Source: Blastocystis sp. subtype 4 (taxonomy: Eukaryota). Taken from it: 51,528 nt of DNA. The stretch lies in assembly GCF_000743755.1 (NCBI RefSeq), contig NW_014569511.1, positions 1-51,528 on the forward strand, read 5' to 3'. Both the position numbers and the translations under genes were made by a program. How positions within the stretch are numbered: position 1 is the stretch's first letter; each line of letters begins with the position of its first letter. The notes beneath the pieces were generated by a model. That model saw nothing but the letters and a program-made list of their open reading frames with translations. It was not told the origin of the DNA and ran no database searches. Of this stretch, positions 48,115 through 51,528 are shown piece by piece.

Positions 48115-48128
48115 TGTTTAAAGAAACA
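48115..48128. terminator. Overlapping bidirectional 3'-end motif TGTTT-AAAG-AAACA (secreted protein / TERT)
   Basis: + TGTTTAAA 48115-48122; - TGTTTCTT 48128-48121. Confidence 0.6.
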
Positions 48129-48132
48129 AGCA

Positions 48133-51100
48133 ATGGAACATTCGCAATGAATTGTAGAAAGTGGTTATACTGTGGATTCCTCTTCATAGCAAAATAGATA
48201 GACTGTGTAAACTATATTGAAATCGAATTGGAATCTTACCTGCCGTAAATGGGACTGAGTTCGCATTACCTTGAGGAACGCTGCCATTACGAGCCATTGA
48301 ATCAAAGAAACACGACGATTTGCAGATCGACTACGATTCATCGTATACCTCTTTAGATAACGAATCATCCAGATCATCAACAATCGTGCTTTGGAGACTT
48401 GTTTCACACGTCGCTTATCAAGAACTCTTCTCAACGAGAGTACCATGCAGAAATAGAGATCTTGAAGAAGTGAAGGGAAGAAACTCACATAACGAAGAAC
48501 ATGGACTCGACATTGGAGAAAGAAACGGACTGCAGTTAATACTGATTGAAAAGAACCTCGTTCAGAGATTCGAAGAGATGATCGCCTATGGAAATTAATT
48601 CTAGATCTGGATGAATCGATGTTAATGGAGTGAGGACTTATTATAAAACCACACCATCGTACTGAAGAAGACTCGGAAGTGAGAGAACGAGACGATGTTG
48701 TTGTGATTCGAAAGAGCAAGTGATACGAGTTTCGACGGGAAAGAATCTCTGTGAGAGATTGATAGAGTTTGGGGTGAGGAGTCAGAAAGAGAAAATCGTC
48801 AACAAAACGGAGAACAGTGAGAGGTGTTCCTATTTGTTCAAATGAGATTTGATGACGAATAGAAGGAATGAGAACTGTTTGCTCGTAGGATCGAAGATAC
48901 AGATTACATAAAGGAACCGATAGAATGGATCCTTGGGGTATACCTTGAATCTGTTTGAAGAAATGATTGTGAATGCAAATGCTGTAATTATGAAAATGGG
49001 ATGTCAGGGTATCGATGAGTTGAGAACGAGAGAAGATGAATGACGAAATAAACCCAGACACAATGATGTAGGATGTTGGATGAAGGGAATGAAAGAATGA
49101 TGAAATAGAACAGTCCAGAGGAATATGTTGAGTATAAAAACGATAATGACCAGATCGTAAAAGGACCGAATAAGTGACAAATTTGTAGTTTGATTCACTT
49201 AGACAATTAATGGCTAATCTCAGAACCCGATTCTATGGATGATTTCGGTAATGTCAATATACCAGCTGAATACTATCATAACACTTCTTCACATCAGCAC
49301 CCATAATAAGAGAGAAGTCTGTCTTCTGAATATACGATAATACTTCACTCACATTACTGAGAGCAACACAGCGACAACCTTCACATGCCCATTCTCGATC
49401 TCGAACAGTAACTTCTTGAAGGAGCTGAAAGAGTGCTGATAGACGTCTGGTTCCTTCTCTAAGGTTATAAAGTTCTCAAAATGTTACAGAGGTCGCATAT
49501 TTATGATGGGCCGAACACCTTCCGGCTCATTTTGCTCATTCATCTTTGGAACCAACCTCAAATGAGCGATCTTCTTGGTCTTCTGTTGTGATTTGGGAAC
49601 AGTTTGGAATACGGTGGAATAATAACTTTGATTGAGATGAAACCGAAGAATGGAATGAAACAGTGGTTTGCGATAGAACAGAATAGTAGAAGAAGACGAT
49701 GAGGTGATATAGAAATGATTAGAACAAAGTGGAATCTTGGGATAAGAACTTAGGAATGGGTACAATCAGACCATGAAAGAGAAACACGAGAAAACTCTTG
49801 AATAATCGCATCGAATGGAGATTATCATTAGCAGTAGGTTTTCCCCGTGGTTGAATCCAGTGAACTTCAGAGAGACGCATTCTGTCTATGAGTTGATCGA
49901 TTGTGATTGTCTCTCCATAGTCCAAAAACACAAACCAATGGATTCCATGGAGGAGTTGACGCCAATTGTGACGTGATCCAATCAACTGTCTTGCAACAAC
50001 TCGCCTCAAACAATCGATAACAAACTGAAACACGCATTCTGGAGGAACCGTCTTCTTAATCAAATGATCTCCTGAGAAAGATGATTCTGAAGGACGAGTA
50101 TTTCTGCGATACAGAGGAACACTCTCCTGAGTAATGACATCTTCCCAATGTGATGGATTCTCTTGCTGACTGTAATACTCAGGTAGTTTCGCATAATGAT
50201 TCAATAATCCATGATAATCAACCAACTGACTCTGTAACAACAATCGACCCAGATAGTACTCATATTCTGCAAAACGAGGAGGTGTTTTCAGGAGAAGAAC
50301 GGAATGATGGTCATGTACTTTTTTCTCCACATCTTCCATCTCTTCTTGAAAACTCTTCCGTTTCCATGGAGCATAACAGTCTCGTAATGATTCATGTACT
50401 AACACTTGGGCAATGTCTCGCCGAACTCGCTTATAGACATATTCAGTTGATTGATGAGGTTGTTCAGCAGTTCCATGACTAGAATGCATCGAACTACTCG
50501 TCATTTCAGAAATACATCCATTCAGTCGAACATTCAGTTTCCATAGTTGTGTGAGAGGATTCCTTCCAGGGAGGCCACAATGACGAGAATACCCTGTTTG
50601 ATAGAGAATTGAATTGAGACTGAAGGAGATGGGCTTTGAAGAAGATTCCCCAGGATTCAAATGCAGAGAAGGAAGTCCGGTGAGCTGAATATAGAGTTTA
50701 TCTGTCTGTTTCTGAAGCAAGGAGTAACGAGTGAGGATGAATAGAAATGCAGGAAGAGGAAGAAAGTGAAACAGAGATTGCCACGCTTCAGTTAGCAACA
50801 AGTCTTTGTTGGAGGAGGTTACCGTCGATATTAATCTATCATCTCGAAGAAAATACCCACTTGTAATCACATTCGGAATGGATTTGCGAAGATACAGACT
50901 TATGATTGTAACTAAGGAAGCATTCTAAAGATAAGCAATACAACAAATCAGCACAAGATCTGATGTCGTTGCAAATTCACTTAGAGAGGGATCTATTGGT
51001 AGCAAGTAATGATCATCAACGATTGGAATCCCAACAACTTGTTATTCATTACATAGAAAAAGTCGTACTATTTCCAAATTGTAGAATCAAAGCGTCAACT

Positions 51101-51242
51101 GTAGCACATCCACCAATTCCAACACGCTTTTGACTATTCATCTGATCCATGATTCAGTCCCATACGTTTCTTCCAGAATATGACCAAAAGACAGTACATC
51201 AGTGAAGGGAAAGGCTAGTCTCAGAGACTCATTTCCTGTCAT
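48133..51242 (-). CDS. TERT: Telomerase reverse transcriptase (multi-exon); stop probably completed by poly(A)
   Basis: GQ (NVITSGY), CP (YHGLLNHY), QFP (VFQFV..LIGSRHNW), T (FYIT..LFYRK), motif 1 (LRLVPK), 2 (RPIINM), A (ADVKKCYDSI), B' (GIPQGSILSVPLCNLY), C (LRFVDDFL), E (WCGF). Last intron 48239-48212; ends ...IANVP T|TGCT TGTTTCTT. Confidence 0.95.
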
Positions 51243-51372
51243 TTTTAAGTGATAACAATATTAGAGCAGAAAGAAGACAAAGAAACAGACTCTGAAACAG
51301 CGATAACGGGGATTTCTAAAATAAAGCGACCATCGATAGACGTAAATAAAACAGGCAATCTCGAGGGTACTA

Positions 51373-51528
51373 ATGGCCGACGTGAGTGCAATTCGTAATT
51401 TGGCAAATGAAGGAATTAATTTGACCAAGGACGTGATGGGAAAGGTGATGCGAAGTGTTCGAGGCAATGATAAACGATTCTTCAATTCCTCAAAGAAGGG
51501 TGAGGTTGGAGAATGGAAGAAACAACTC
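51373..51528 (+). CDS. Beta-adaptin (AP-1/AP-2 beta subunit), 5' part; runs off the window
   Basis: Open frame MADVSAIRN...DKRFFNSSKKGEVGEWKKQL resembles the beta-adaptin N-terminus DSKYFTTTKKGEIFELKAEL. Confidence 0.75.
   Translation, partial: MADVSAIRNLANEGINLTKDVMGKVMRSVRGNDKRFFNSSKKGEVGEWKKQL

Noticed and set aside
48165..49061. RT domain as a retrotransposon, retron or group II intron
   Set aside because: TERT-specific GQ, CP, QFP and T motifs and spliceosomal introns are present; no endonuclease, integrase or terminal repeats.
51243..51372. Telomerase RNA next to TERT
   Set aside because: A 130-nt divergent promoter between TERT and beta-adaptin; no template-like repeat seen.
28643..51528. 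Functional trafficking cluster (Sec24, clathrin-like, beta-adaptin)
   Set aside because: Interspersed with unrelated genes on both strands; expected by chance at this gene density.

Overview
Gene-dense eukaryotic nuclear DNA, very likely Blastocystis (anaerobic gut stramenopile). The evidence is ubiquitous ~28-32 nt GT-AG introns, very short intergenic gaps, an acetate:succinate CoA-transferase and a TGTTTGTT motif at gene 3' ends. I reconstructed 29 protein-coding genes by splicing by eye (two are cut by the window edges). Four are missing from the ORF track: RPL8, a potato-I protease inhibitor, a DMAC1-like gene and a beta-adaptin start. The main hidden structure is at the 3' ends. In 7-10 of the 27 genes that end in the window, an in-frame T lies exactly 5 nt upstream of TGTTTGTT or a close variant, so the stop codon (UAA) is probably made by polyadenylation. 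These genes include telomerase reverse transcriptase and Sec24. That mechanism is already known in Blastocystis. In addition, at 6 of 8 convergent gene junctions the two strands' motifs abut or overlap as one 14-16 bp near-palindrome. Unusual proteins: a TenA / degenerate HAD / ThiD triple fusion, a truncated clathrin-heavy-chain-like paralog, a GH38 pseudo-mannosidase, an Hsp70-like/MORN fusion, a TERT lacking the FYxTE glutamate and an AI-2E family transporter. No RNA genes, mobile elements or CRISPR were seen. All homology calls are by-eye motif recognition, not database searches, and exon boundaries are unverified.
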